This document shows positions 34,560-43,022 of a DNA stretch of 43,161 nucleotides, in pieces. The position numbers and the translations under genes are program-made. Below the pieces are notes generated by a model. That model had not been told where the DNA came from. It worked only from the letters and a program-made list of their open reading frames with translations, and searched no databases. Positions within the stretch are counted from its first letter, which is position 1. Every line of letters starts with the position of its first letter. Origin of the DNA: an uncultured Candidatus Saccharibacteria bacterium (GTDB lineage Bacteria > Patescibacteriota > Minisyncoccia > Phycocordibacterales > GWA1-40-21); assembly GCA_964613715.1 (NCBI GenBank), contig CAZTJK010000005.1, positions 1-43,161 on the forward strand, given 5' to 3'.

Positions 34560-34748
34560 TTGTGGAAAAGCTTGGGAAAAGATATGGAGAAAATTATACA
34601 CAATATGTTGAAACTGTATGGATAAAAATGAAACGATGTATTGTAGACATATTGTCCAGTCAGAAAAAGCTTTGAAATTGAAAAATAAACAGGAATAATA
34701 AGAATAAAAATAGATTCACATATCAACAAGGATAATAAAAATATTAGT
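34560..34748. other. Probable oriC (dnaA-dnaN intergenic)
   Basis: Perfect boxes TGTGGAAAA (34561-69) and TTATACACA (34594-602), near-match TATGGATAA (34617-25), followed by a very A-rich tract (AATAATAAGAATAAAAATAG). Confidence 0.8.
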
Positions 34749-35849
34749 ATGAAAATAGAGTGTGTAAAAGAAAAACTCCATATCGCCGTATCAAATGCTG
34801 AAAAGATTGTGACTAAGAACAACACTCTTCCAGTACTATCCTGTATTTTGTTTGAAGCAAAAAACAATACCCTTACTATCCAATCAACAAACATAGACCT
34901 TGGTTTTGAGGTATCCATCCCAGTAAAGATGAAGGAACAAGGAAAAGTAGCAGTTCCAGCCCATATCATCGGTTCTTTTTTAAACACTATTACCGATGAT
35001 GAAAGTATCAATCTCGAAACCAATGAACAGACCCTCCATATATCGACAAAAAATCACAAAGCGACCATAAAAACCATCTCATATGATGATTTTCCAACTA
35101 TACCAACGATCGATGGTGGCGCTACATTCACACTTTCAGCCCAGGATATGCGCAATGGCATCAAATCAGTGCTGTATAGTGCCGCAGTTTCTTCAGTAAA
35201 ACCTGAATTGGCAAGCGTCTACCTGTATTCGAATGAAGAGTCGATTATTTTCGTCGCAACAGACTCTTTCCGTCTTGCCGAGAAGCGCATACAAACAAAG
35301 AAACCGCTGAAAATAAGCGGCATTCTCATTCCATTCAAGAATGCGACGGATATCCTGAAAATCATAGATTCAGTCGCCGGAGATATCACGATTCATACAA
35401 CAAAAAACCAGATATCATTCGTATTCGCCGAAACATACCTCGTTTCCCGCGTGATCGACGGCACATTTCCCGACTACAAACAGATTCTCCCGAAGGAGGA
35501 GAAAACGAAAGTAACTATCCTGAAGCAGGATCTTCTCAGTACACTCAAGATATCGAACATTTTTTCCGACAGTTTCAACCAGATGAATATTGCAGCGATG
35601 CCCGGAGCAAAGACCATCGAGGTGAAGACAAAAAATGCCAATGTGGGCGAGAGCACCAATACGATCAGTGCTCGCGTTGAGGGGGAGACAATCGCCGTCA
35701 ATTTTAACTACCGCTACATTACCGACTCCTTGCAATCCATCGCTTCCGATAGCATCACCCTTTCATTCAATGGCACGACGAAGCCCCTGGTGATTCGCGG
35801 TAGCGCGGACTCAAGCTTTACCTACCTGGTCATGCCGATGAACCGATAA
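34749..35849 (+). CDS. dnaN: DNA polymerase III beta sliding clamp
   Basis: TLPVLSCIL, STNIDLG, ATDSFRLAE, IDGTFPDY, FNYRYI, YLVMPMN. Confidence 0.97.
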   Translation: MKIECVKEKLHIAVSNAEKIVTKNNTLPVLSCILFEAKNNTLTIQSTNIDLGFEVSIPVKMKEQGKVAVPAHIIGSFLNTITDDESINLETNEQTLHISTKNHKATIKTISYDDFPTIPTIDGGATFTLSAQDMRNGIKSVLYSAAVSSVKPELASVYLYSNEESIIFVATDSFRLAEKRIQTKKPLKISGILIPFKNATDILKIIDSVAGDITIHTTKNQISFVFAETYLVSRVIDGTFPDYKQILPKEEKTKVTILKQDLLSTLKISNIFSDSFNQMNIAAMPGAKTIEVKTKNANVGESTNTISARVEGETIAVNFNYRYITDSLQSIASDSITLSFNGTTKPLVIRGSADSSFTYLVMPMNR

Positions 35850-35857
35850 TATCTGCC

Positions 35858-36109
35858 ATGTTCGACATTGCCGGCTATCTGCAGAAATTCAAGAAATTCT
35901 CCGAATCGAGAAATGCAGTACGCATTGTGATTCAAGAAGCACTAGAGAAGGTCTGTGGTGTACAGATCGACCTGTCTTCAATCGATGTGAAAAACGGGAT
36001 CGCGCGAATCAAAGGGACGCCTGCCCTGAAGAATGAACTCGTTATAAAAAAACAAAAGATACTTGCACAGTTGTCGCAAAAAACATCAGATATCAAAGAT
36101 ATTCAGTGA
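35858..36109 (+). CDS. Small conserved protein downstream of dnaN; possibly DciA/DUF721-like
   Basis: 83 aa; IDVKNGIARIKGTPALKNELVIKKQKILAQL resembles the KH-like DciA core; position after dnaN. Confidence 0.55.
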   Translation: MFDIAGYLQKFKKFSESRNAVRIVIQEALEKVCGVQIDLSSIDVKNGIARIKGTPALKNELVIKKQKILAQLSQKTSDIKDIQ

Positions 36110-38644
36110 TCAGTGTATTGTTATCGGCACCGTCACGCTGTTTTTATTGTAGAGCGTATCGTATATCGTTACGGTAAACTGATTCGTCCCGTCGATGAGG
36201 GTATGTGCGGAAGACGGCATAAAGCTGAAGAAGAAAGGTGCGGTCGCGCTTGAGCCGACGAGCTCATTGTTGAGGTAGAAATTCGCTTTCGCAAGGGGAT
36301 AGCGGCTCGTCGTCTTGAGCATGACGGTCAGGTTTCCATCTTTCGCATAGGACATGTTTTGTATCGGCGACAGGACAGTAATTTGCGGCTGATTCGCCGC
36401 GGTGTGCACGTCGTCTGTTACCGTCGGCTTCATGACGAGCGGCTGTGGGTTTGCCTTCAGCCACTCTTGTATCGGATATTCCCAGAGATTGAACTGTGCA
36501 TCGTCCGCAGGGTTTGCTGGTGCTGGCCCTGTCGGATCATTTTTATCGACCCAATAGAGGATCGAGTGGATGTTCGGCACCGCCACCTCCTTTTTTGTTT
36601 CCGGCGGCGTCATGTCAGTCGCAAGCTTGCCCGAAACAGTGTCGATGAAATAGGTATCATTGCCCTGCCAGATGCCGCGAAGGGCCGGTTTCTCTGTCGG
36701 ATCGGTTGGCTCGGGCTTCAAGAAAGTTTCTCTGCTTGTAGATGCGAGAGCCTCTGCCATGAGGGAGTGCCAGAGCGGTGCGACGATGAGGCCGGCGACA
36801 TTCTTGTGCATCGGCGTATTGTCATTGTTGCCGGCCCATGCGCCGACGACCATTTCCGGGGTATAGCCGATGGTCCAAGCATCGCGAGAGTCGTTCGTGG
36901 TGCCTGTTTTTGCCGCCACCTGAAAGCCTGGGAACATGAAGACCGAATTCGTGCCGTATTCGGGAGCTTTGGCCACATTGTCGGAAAGCACGTCCGATAC
37001 AAGCTCGGTAGCGTTTGCGGGGATGATCCGTTCCGGCCTCGCATTGTAGCTTTCGATGGTATTGCCATTTGCATCCTGTATCGACAAGATGCCGGTATAG
37101 GGATTACGCACGCCATCATTCGCGAATACGCCGTACGCGCTTGTCATATCGAGGAGCGAAACTTCACCGCCGCCAAGGACAAGTGTCAGGCCGTATTGAT
37201 TCGGATCGTCAGAGAGGCTGGTCACCCCCATCGATTTTGCCGTATCGAGTGAATCCTTGATGCCGGCAAGATAGAGCAGTTGAATCGATGGGATATTGAG
37301 CGATAGGGCGAGCGCAGTGCGCAGCGATACTGGGCCACGGTAAAGGCCGTCGAAGTCCTGCGGCATATAGCAGGCGGTCGAAGATGAAATGATCGCATTC
37401 GGATCGATCGGATCCCCTTGCGGCGTGCAGGTCGATTGGAATTCGGTTGGCAGATCAAAAAGAACGGTGTCCGGCGTATAGCCTTTTTCAAAGGCCGTTT
37501 CATAGACAAATGGCTTGAAGGTCGAGCCTGGCTGGCGGTGGGCGAGTGCCACATTGAAATTGCCATCGGTCGTGGTCGCGAAATAGTCGCGGGAGCCGAC
37601 CATAGCGAGGATCTGGCCGGTTTTCGGATCGATAGCCACCGCTGACGCATTCGACATATTGAACTTGTCCTGATTCGCTGCGACGTAATTTTTCACACTT
37701 GCTTCCATCTGCGCTTCCAGGCTGTAATCAAGCGTTGTGATGACCTTGTAGCCATTGCCCTGTATTGCATCCTCGCCGTAGGTATCGGCCAAATATTGCC
37801 GGATGAATTGCACGAAATGCGGCGCGAGGATGCCGTAAGGCGATTGGGGGAGGAAGCCTACCTGTTCTTTCAGGGCAGCATCATATTCTGCCTGTGTGAT
37901 GAGCTTGTTCTCGAGCATCTTTTGCAAGACGAGATGTGCGCGGGCATCGAGATCCTGCTTGTGCTGGCCGTATGGCGAATAATATGTCGGCGCTTTCGGG
38001 ATGGCTGCGATATATGCCGCCTGCGCGAGCGTCACATGCGCGGAGCTCGTGCCGAAGAATGTCTCGCTTGCTTCCTCGACACCGTAAATATTGCCGCCGT
38101 ACGGATTTTCATTCAGATAAATCGACAGGATCTCGTCTTTGCTCATTACTTTCTCGAGCTTGATGGAGAGGAACCATTCCTTCAGCTTGCGCGATATTTT
38201 CTTTTCGCTTGTTAGCAACGAATTCTTGATTACCTGCTGGGTGATGGTCGAGCCTCCCTGGCTGAAGCTGCCGGACAAGAAATTGGCGAATATGGAACGG
38301 ATGATCGACGAGATGCGGATGCCGCCATGGGTATAGAATGTCGCGTCCTCGATGGCAACCGTCGCCTTTTTTATATTGTCGGAAATCTGGTCAAACGGCA
38401 CCACGGTGCGCTTTTCATTCTGGAATACGTCATAGAGAAGCACCGTGCCGGTACGGTCATAGATTTTCGTCGACTGCTCTACTTTTCTTGTTTCGAACGA
38501 AGAAAGATCTGGCAGGCGGAAGCTCGCAATCCAGAGGGCAAGTAAGCCGAAAAGCACGAAGATTGCTGCAAAGAAGATATGCAACGTTTCTTTCCGTTTA
38601 TGCCTGACAAAATGCGCCGTGCGCCTGAGATGTTTTTCGAGCAT
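36110..38644 (-). CDS. Class A penicillin-binding protein (PBP1A family) with C-terminal Ig-like domain
   Basis: GT51 motifs EDATFYTH.G, GGSTITQQ..KN, RKLKE; transpeptidase STFK, SLN, KTG; ATG 38644 is 8 nt after TGcTATAAT. Confidence 0.95.
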   Translation of the reverse strand: MLEKHLRRTAHFVRHKRKETLHIFFAAIFVLFGLLALWIASFRLPDLSSFETRKVEQSTKIYDRTGTVLLYDVFQNEKRTVVPFDQISDNIKKATVAIEDATFYTHGGIRISSIIRSIFANFLSGSFSQGGSTITQQVIKNSLLTSEKKISRKLKEWFLSIKLEKVMSKDEILSIYLNENPYGGNIYGVEEASETFFGTSSAHVTLAQAAYIAAIPKAPTYYSPYGQHKQDLDARAHLVLQKMLENKLITQAEYDAALKEQVGFLPQSPYGILAPHFVQFIRQYLADTYGEDAIQGNGYKVITTLDYSLEAQMEASVKNYVAANQDKFNMSNASAVAIDPKTGQILAMVGSRDYFATTTDGNFNVALAHRQPGSTFKPFVYETAFEKGYTPDTVLFDLPTEFQSTCTPQGDPIDPNAIISSSTACYMPQDFDGLYRGPVSLRTALALSLNIPSIQLLYLAGIKDSLDTAKSMGVTSLSDDPNQYGLTLVLGGGEVSLLDMTSAYGVFANDGVRNPYTGILSIQDANGNTIESYNARPERIIPANATELVSDVLSDNVAKAPEYGTNSVFMFPGFQVAAKTGTTNDSRDAWTIGYTPEMVVGAWAGNNDNTPMHKNVAGLIVAPLWHSLMAEALASTSRETFLKPEPTDPTEKPALRGIWQGNDTYFIDTVSGKLATDMTPPETKKEVAVPNIHSILYWVDKNDPTGPAPANPADDAQFNLWEYPIQEWLKANPQPLVMKPTVTDDVHTAANQPQITVLSPIQNMSYAKDGNLTVMLKTTSRYPLAKANFYLNNELVGSSATAPFFFSFMPSSAHTLIDGTNQFTVTIYDTLYNKNSVTVPITIH

Positions 38645-38719
38645 TTCCGTCAATTATAGCATCATACTCTCGTACGGGCGACAGATGAAAAAAGGTGCAT
38701 TGTATGCTACATTTGGGCA

Positions 38720-39919
38720 ATGATACAGAGAGGGAGAGAGCAGATCGATGATTTTCTCACGCGCGGCGTCGAGAATATCTTTCCAAGCAAGGAATTTGTA
38801 AAAAAGCGCCTCCTATCCGGCGAAAAGCTCCGCGTCTATCTCGGCATCGACCCGACCGGGCCGACCCTTCATTTGGGCCACGCAGTACAGCTCAAGAAAA
38901 TGAAAGAGCTGCAGGAGCTCGGGCACGAGGTGATCATCCTCATCGGCGATTTTACAGCGCAGATCGGCGATCCGACTGACAAGACAGCGGCACGAAAGCC
39001 TTTGACGCATCATGAAGTACTTGCCAATGCCCGCCTCTATAAGGAGCAGGCATCGGTATTCCTTAAATTCGGCTTTGGCGGCGCAAAGATCAAATACAAT
39101 TCCGTCTGGCTCTCACGCATGCATTTTGCCGATGTGGTCAAGCTTGCATCGAAAATGACCGTGGACCAGATGCTGAAGCGCGACATGTTCGAAAAGCGTC
39201 GCGAAGAAGGCAAGCCGACCCATATCCATGAATTCCTCTATCCGCTCATGCAGGGCTATGACAGCGTAGCGCTTGCTGTCGACGGCGAGATCGGCGGTAA
39301 TGACCAGACCTTCAATATGCTCGCGGGCCGTGATCTCGAGAAAGAGATGCTTGGCAAGGACAAATTCGTCCTCACCACGAAGCTCCTCGAGGATTCTTCC
39401 GGCAAGAAGATGGGCAAGACCGATAACAATGCCGTTTCCATGCTCCATGACGAATTTGAAATGTTCGGTAAGGTGATGAGCTGGACAGATGGCATGATCA
39501 TCCGCGCATTTGAGATCTGCACGTTCGTGCCGATGCAAGAGGTAGCGCAGATTGAGAAAGACCTTGCTGCTGGGGCTAATCCGCGCGATGCCAAGGCCCG
39601 TCTTGCCAGGGAAATCGTTACTATCTATCACGGCGCAAAAAAAGCAGCGAAAGCCGAGGAAAATTTTTTCAATACGTTCAAGCGCGGTGGTGTGCCGGAA
39701 AATACTGAAGAGGTGAGAGTGCATGCGGGGGCATCGCTTGCAGAGACTTTGCTTAGCGCTCGTATCGTGGAATCAAAAAGCGAATTTCGCCGCCTCATAC
39801 TCGAAGGGGCCGTATCTGATGCGATCTCCGGAGAAAAAATCACCGATCCGAATTATAAGATCGAGAAAGAAATTACCCTTCGCGTCGGCAAGAAGCGCTT
39901 CGTGCATATTATCCTCTAA
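38720..39919 (+). CDS. tyrS: Tyrosine--tRNA ligase
   Basis: GIDPTGPTLHLGH, EFLYPLMQGYD, GGNDQTFN, KMGKT, C-terminal S4 domain. Confidence 0.97.
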   Translation: MIQRGREQIDDFLTRGVENIFPSKEFVKKRLLSGEKLRVYLGIDPTGPTLHLGHAVQLKKMKELQELGHEVIILIGDFTAQIGDPTDKTAARKPLTHHEVLANARLYKEQASVFLKFGFGGAKIKYNSVWLSRMHFADVVKLASKMTVDQMLKRDMFEKRREEGKPTHIHEFLYPLMQGYDSVALAVDGEIGGNDQTFNMLAGRDLEKEMLGKDKFVLTTKLLEDSSGKKMGKTDNNAVSMLHDEFEMFGKVMSWTDGMIIRAFEICTFVPMQEVAQIEKDLAAGANPRDAKARLAREIVTIYHGAKKAAKAEENFFNTFKRGGVPENTEEVRVHAGASLAETLLSARIVESKSEFRRLILEGAVSDAISGEKITDPNYKIEKEITLRVGKKRFVHIIL

Positions 39920-39922
39920 GCC

Positions 39923-40399
39923 ATGCGCATCATCGCCATCGATCCCGGCTATGAGCGCATGGGCGTCGCCATACTTGAGAAAACCGGCGCGAAAGAATCG
40001 CTGATTTTTTCTGAATGCTTCAAAACATCTCCGAAGCTTGCGCATGCAGAGCGGCTGCGCCTTGTCGGCGAGGAAATCACCAGGCTCATTCGTGAGTATG
40101 AGGCGGAGGAAATGGCCATCGAGACACTTTTCTTTGAGAAGAATCAAAAGACTGCGATGAAAGTCTCCGAATCCCGCGGTGTCATGCTGTTTGCTGCGGC
40201 GTCCGCCGGCATACCGGTCGCGGAATTCACCCCGATGCAGATAAAGGTCGCCGTGACCGGCTACGGCAAAAGCGACAAAAGCCAAGTGACAGAGATGGTC
40301 AAGCGGCTCATTCGTATTGATCGGGCCATTCAATATGATGATGAATATGATGCTATCGCCATTGGCCTGACCTGCTTTGCGACGAAAAAATCCGCCTGA
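39923..40399 (+). CDS. ruvC: Holliday junction resolvase RuvC
   Basis: IIAIDPG, AIETLFF, ESRGV, IKVAVTGYGKSDK.QV, DDEYDAIAI. Confidence 0.95.
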   Translation: MRIIAIDPGYERMGVAILEKTGAKESLIFSECFKTSPKLAHAERLRLVGEEITRLIREYEAEEMAIETLFFEKNQKTAMKVSESRGVMLFAAASAGIPVAEFTPMQIKVAVTGYGKSDKSQVTEMVKRLIRIDRAIQYDDEYDAIAIGLTCFATKKSA

Positions 40400-40410
40400 A
40401 GCGGATTTTT
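40386..40410. terminator. Bidirectional terminator overlapping the ruvC stop
   Basis: AAAAATCCGC-CTGAA-GCGGATTTTT. Confidence 0.75.
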
Positions 40411-40413
40411 CTT

Positions 40414-40665
40414 TTAATATTCGTCTGAAGACATGCGGTAATCATCGAGCTCGTCCTCCTCTTCAAGGGACGGGTCATCCTCCGTGCCTTCCCCGGTATT
40501 TTCCTCGAATGCATCGAGCACACCGTCAGATATTACGCCGCCTTCTTTCGTCTCTTCTTCCTCTTCGCCTTCCTGCGGCGCTGCTGCCGGCGTTTCCTCG
40601 ACCTTCTTGTTCTTTTTTTCGTCCTTGGGACTTGGCTTTGCTTTCGGTTTTGGCATAACGCTCAT
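40414..40665 (-). CDS. Small low-complexity protein: Lys/Pro-rich N-terminus, highly acidic C-terminus
   Basis: MSVMPKPKAKPSPKDEKK...EEEDELDDYRMSSDEY; start 40665 or 40656. Confidence 0.65.
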   Translation of the reverse strand: MSVMPKPKAKPSPKDEKKNKKVEETPAAAPQEGEEEEETKEGGVISDGVLDAFEENTGEGTEDDPSLEEEDELDDYRMSSDEY

Positions 40666-40717
40666 ATTTTCCAAAATTGTATGAAAATTGCAAATAGTGG
40701 GGATTGTGGATAACGCC

Positions 40718-41248
40718 TTACTCGGCGTTCGTATAGATATCCTGCACCTCCTCGTTGTTTTCGAGATCATTGATAAGCTTTTCGAGGACGGGTGCATCAG
40801 CATCGCTTACGGCAACCATTGTCTTTGGCATCCAGCCTTCGGCTGTTTTCTCGAATGCCCAGGATGCAGAGCCGGAGCTTGCAAGCGATGTACCGTTGTC
40901 CGACAGGATATGCTTGATCTCAGCCGCAGCCTTGTTTTTATTCGCAGTCAGCGCTTCAATGATGAGCGCCACGCCGCCCGGACCGTACGCTTCGTACGTG
41001 ATCTCGTACATTTCCTCGCCGCCTGCGCCCGTCGCTTTCTTGATCGCGCGGTCGATATTGTCGGCAGGCATGCTCGCTTCTTTTGCCTGTTCTATTGCTG
41101 CGCGCAGTCCCGGAGAGGAGAGATTGCCGTTCGCTTTCTTTGCCTCGATCTGGAGCATCTTTGCCAAGCGGCCGAATATCTTGCTCTTTTCAGCATCCGT
41201 TTTTGCTTTCAACCGCTTTATTTTCGAGAATTTATTATGTCCTGACAT
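40718..41248 (-). CDS. yebC: YebC/PmpR family protein, internally shortened (176 aa)
   Basis: MSGHNKFSKIKR, SMPADNIDRAIKKA, YEAYGPGGVALII..LT.N, EVQDIYTNA. Confidence 0.93.
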   Translation of the reverse strand: MSGHNKFSKIKRLKAKTDAEKSKIFGRLAKMLQIEAKKANGNLSSPGLRAAIEQAKEASMPADNIDRAIKKATGAGGEEMYEITYEAYGPGGVALIIEALTANKNKAAAEIKHILSDNGTSLASSGSASWAFEKTAEGWMPKTMVAVSDADAPVLEKLINDLENNEEVQDIYTNAE

Positions 41249-41289
41249 GGGAGGGAATATATCACTATAAGATAAAAAATAAAAGCTTC

Positions 41290-41643
41290 TTAACCTAGAT
41301 GCACATATATTTTTTGTTGTCTTATTTTTGAAGCTTCAGCTAATCCTTGTGCAATTTCTTTCAAATGTAGACGGATCATTTCATTAGGTATATGCATCGT
41401 GGCGTAACCAGCTTGATGAGAGTAATACCCTCGATTCAAGTCAGCCACAATCTGATGTGGATTAGTAAGGTGTTGGATTCCATCCACTTCAATATTTAAT
41501 TTTGCTTTTGGAATTGTTAGATCAATACGTTTATGACCGTCATTTAGCTCAACAAGGACTCGTACACCAAGGCGTTCGAGAGCTTCTTTCAATGCTTTCG
41601 CCTCTATTGTTGGTGAACGAAAATAATGAATTAAATTTATCAT
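41290..41643 (-). CDS. DUF559/Vsr-like PD-(D/E)XK endonuclease-domain protein
   Basis: GHKRIDLTIPKAKLNIEVDGIQH motif; visibly AT-richer than its neighbours. Confidence 0.65.
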   Translation of the reverse strand: MINLIHYFRSPTIEAKALKEALERLGVRVLVELNDGHKRIDLTIPKAKLNIEVDGIQHLTNPHQIVADLNRGYYSHQAGYATMHIPNEMIRLHLKEIAQGLAEASKIRQQKIYVHLG

Positions 41644-41648
41644 TCTTT

Positions 41649-42689
41649 CTAGAGCAATTTCCCCGGATTCTTGATATTCAAATGCTTTCGCGCCCGGTCG
41701 GTCACCACGCGGCCGCGCGATGTACGCTCGATGAAGCCAAGCTGGAGCAGATACGGCTCGTACACATCTTCAATCGTCGCTTGTTCTTCCGAAAGGGAGG
41801 CAGCCATGGTATTCAGGCCGACCGGTCCGCCTGAGAATTTATCCTCAATCATGGAAAGAAGCGCCCGGTCCTCGGCATTGAGCCCCGCTTCGTCAATATT
41901 GAGCATGGCAAGCGCTTCATCTACCACCGCTTTCGTGAGCGGCTGCTTCTTAATTTGCGCAAGGTCGCGTGCGCGCTTCAGGAGATAGTTCGCCGTGCGC
42001 GGTGTAAAGCGGCTGCGTTTGGCGATTTCTTTCTTTGCCGCCGCATCTATGTCGATGCCGAGTATCTTTGCCGACCGCTCGATGATTTTTTCTATTTCTT
42101 CATTCGTATAAAACTCAAGTTTGAATACGCCACCTGAAAAACGGCTGCGCAGCGGGGCGGAGAGCATCGCTACACGTGTCGTTGCCGCGATGAGGGTGAA
42201 GGGCGGCAGGTCAAGCTGTATCGTGCGCGCTGATGGGCCTTTGCCAATAATGATGTCGAGCGACCCGGATTCCATAGCAGGGTAGAGCACCTCTTCGATC
42301 GTCTTGTTCAGGCGATGGATCTCATCGATGAACAAAATGTCGCCGGGAGAGAGGTTTGTGAGGATCGATGCAAGGTCGCCGACTTTCTCGATGGCCGGGC
42401 CGGAGGTTGATTTCAATTGCGCACGGGTTTCTTTGGCAATCAGGTTTGCAAGCGTCGTCTTGCCGAGGCCGGGCGGGCCGTAAAAGAGAAGATGCTCCGG
42501 CGGATGCTTGCGCTCCTCGGCAGCTTTCAGGAGGATATGGAGGTTTTCTTTGATATTTTTTTGGCCGATATATTCATTCCAGGATGACGGCCTGAGGGTC
42601 TGGTCGAGGAATTTCGTGTCGCCGTTTTTATGGCTCAAATCTTTGCTATTTTCTGGAGAGGAAGTATCGGAAGTGTTTTTTCTTGACAT
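41649..42689 (-). CDS. ruvB: Holliday junction branch-migration helicase RuvB
   Basis: LRPSSWNEYIGQ, YGPPGLGKTT, LFIDEIHRL, YPAMES, SRFTPR.AN.LL.R, IE...EPYL.Q.G...RT.RGR; start 42689 (alternative 42716). Confidence 0.97.
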   Translation of the reverse strand: MSRKNTSDTSSPENSKDLSHKNGDTKFLDQTLRPSSWNEYIGQKNIKENLHILLKAAEERKHPPEHLLFYGPPGLGKTTLANLIAKETRAQLKSTSGPAIEKVGDLASILTNLSPGDILFIDEIHRLNKTIEEVLYPAMESGSLDIIIGKGPSARTIQLDLPPFTLIAATTRVAMLSAPLRSRFSGGVFKLEFYTNEEIEKIIERSAKILGIDIDAAAKKEIAKRSRFTPRTANYLLKRARDLAQIKKQPLTKAVVDEALAMLNIDEAGLNAEDRALLSMIEDKFSGGPVGLNTMAASLSEEQATIEDVYEPYLLQLGFIERTSRGRVVTDRARKHLNIKNPGKLL

Positions 42690-42710
42690 ACCATTAATAT
42701 ATGCTACACT
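42683..42710 (+). promoter_or_regulatory. Near-consensus sigma70 promoter pointing away from ruvB
   Basis: TTGACA (42683-88)-16 nt-TGcTACACT (42702-10); no plus-strand gene downstream. Confidence 0.65.
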
Positions 42711-42716
42711 GCTCAC

Positions 42717-43013
42717 AGAGCCTTCGCAGGGGCTTTTTATTTCACCCTCTTCGTTTGATTGTCAGTTCTGAATATAAATCTCTAAACAATTACGCTCGCA
42801 AGAGTGTACGAGTTTCTTTTCAAGGACATCTTGGTTTATTTCTTCGGAAATACTGCTGAGGTTATCCTTAAAAATTAATTTAACTTTTCACCGCCAGGTT
42901 TAAAGTATTGCTTAGAGATTTATGTTTTGAACGACGTCCGTCGGACGCTTCAAACATGTATCTCTTCTGGTATGGTAGCTCGGCCTGCAGGTTTTGCAAG
43001 GCCTTTTTATTTT
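42717..43013 (+). ncRNA. Candidate stand-alone structured noncoding RNA (~295 nt), unassigned
   Basis: Promoter upstream; 14/15-bp long-range helix 42774-88/42909-23; GCAA tetraloop hairpin 42791-808; cUUCGg hairpin 42837-52 within 42822-69 stem; hairpin 42922-57; terminator 42982-43013. Confidence 0.6.
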
Positions 43014-43022
43014 AGGACACAC

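Noticed and set aside
42717-43013. Assignment of RNA B or RNA A (299-566) as tmRNA, RNase P, SRP or T-box
   Set aside because: Missing the GGGG...CCA tRNA-like ends, GAGGAAAGUCC, the SRP GGAA/AGCAG helix and the T-box GGUGGnACC; 6S not excluded but the multibranch folds are not rod-like
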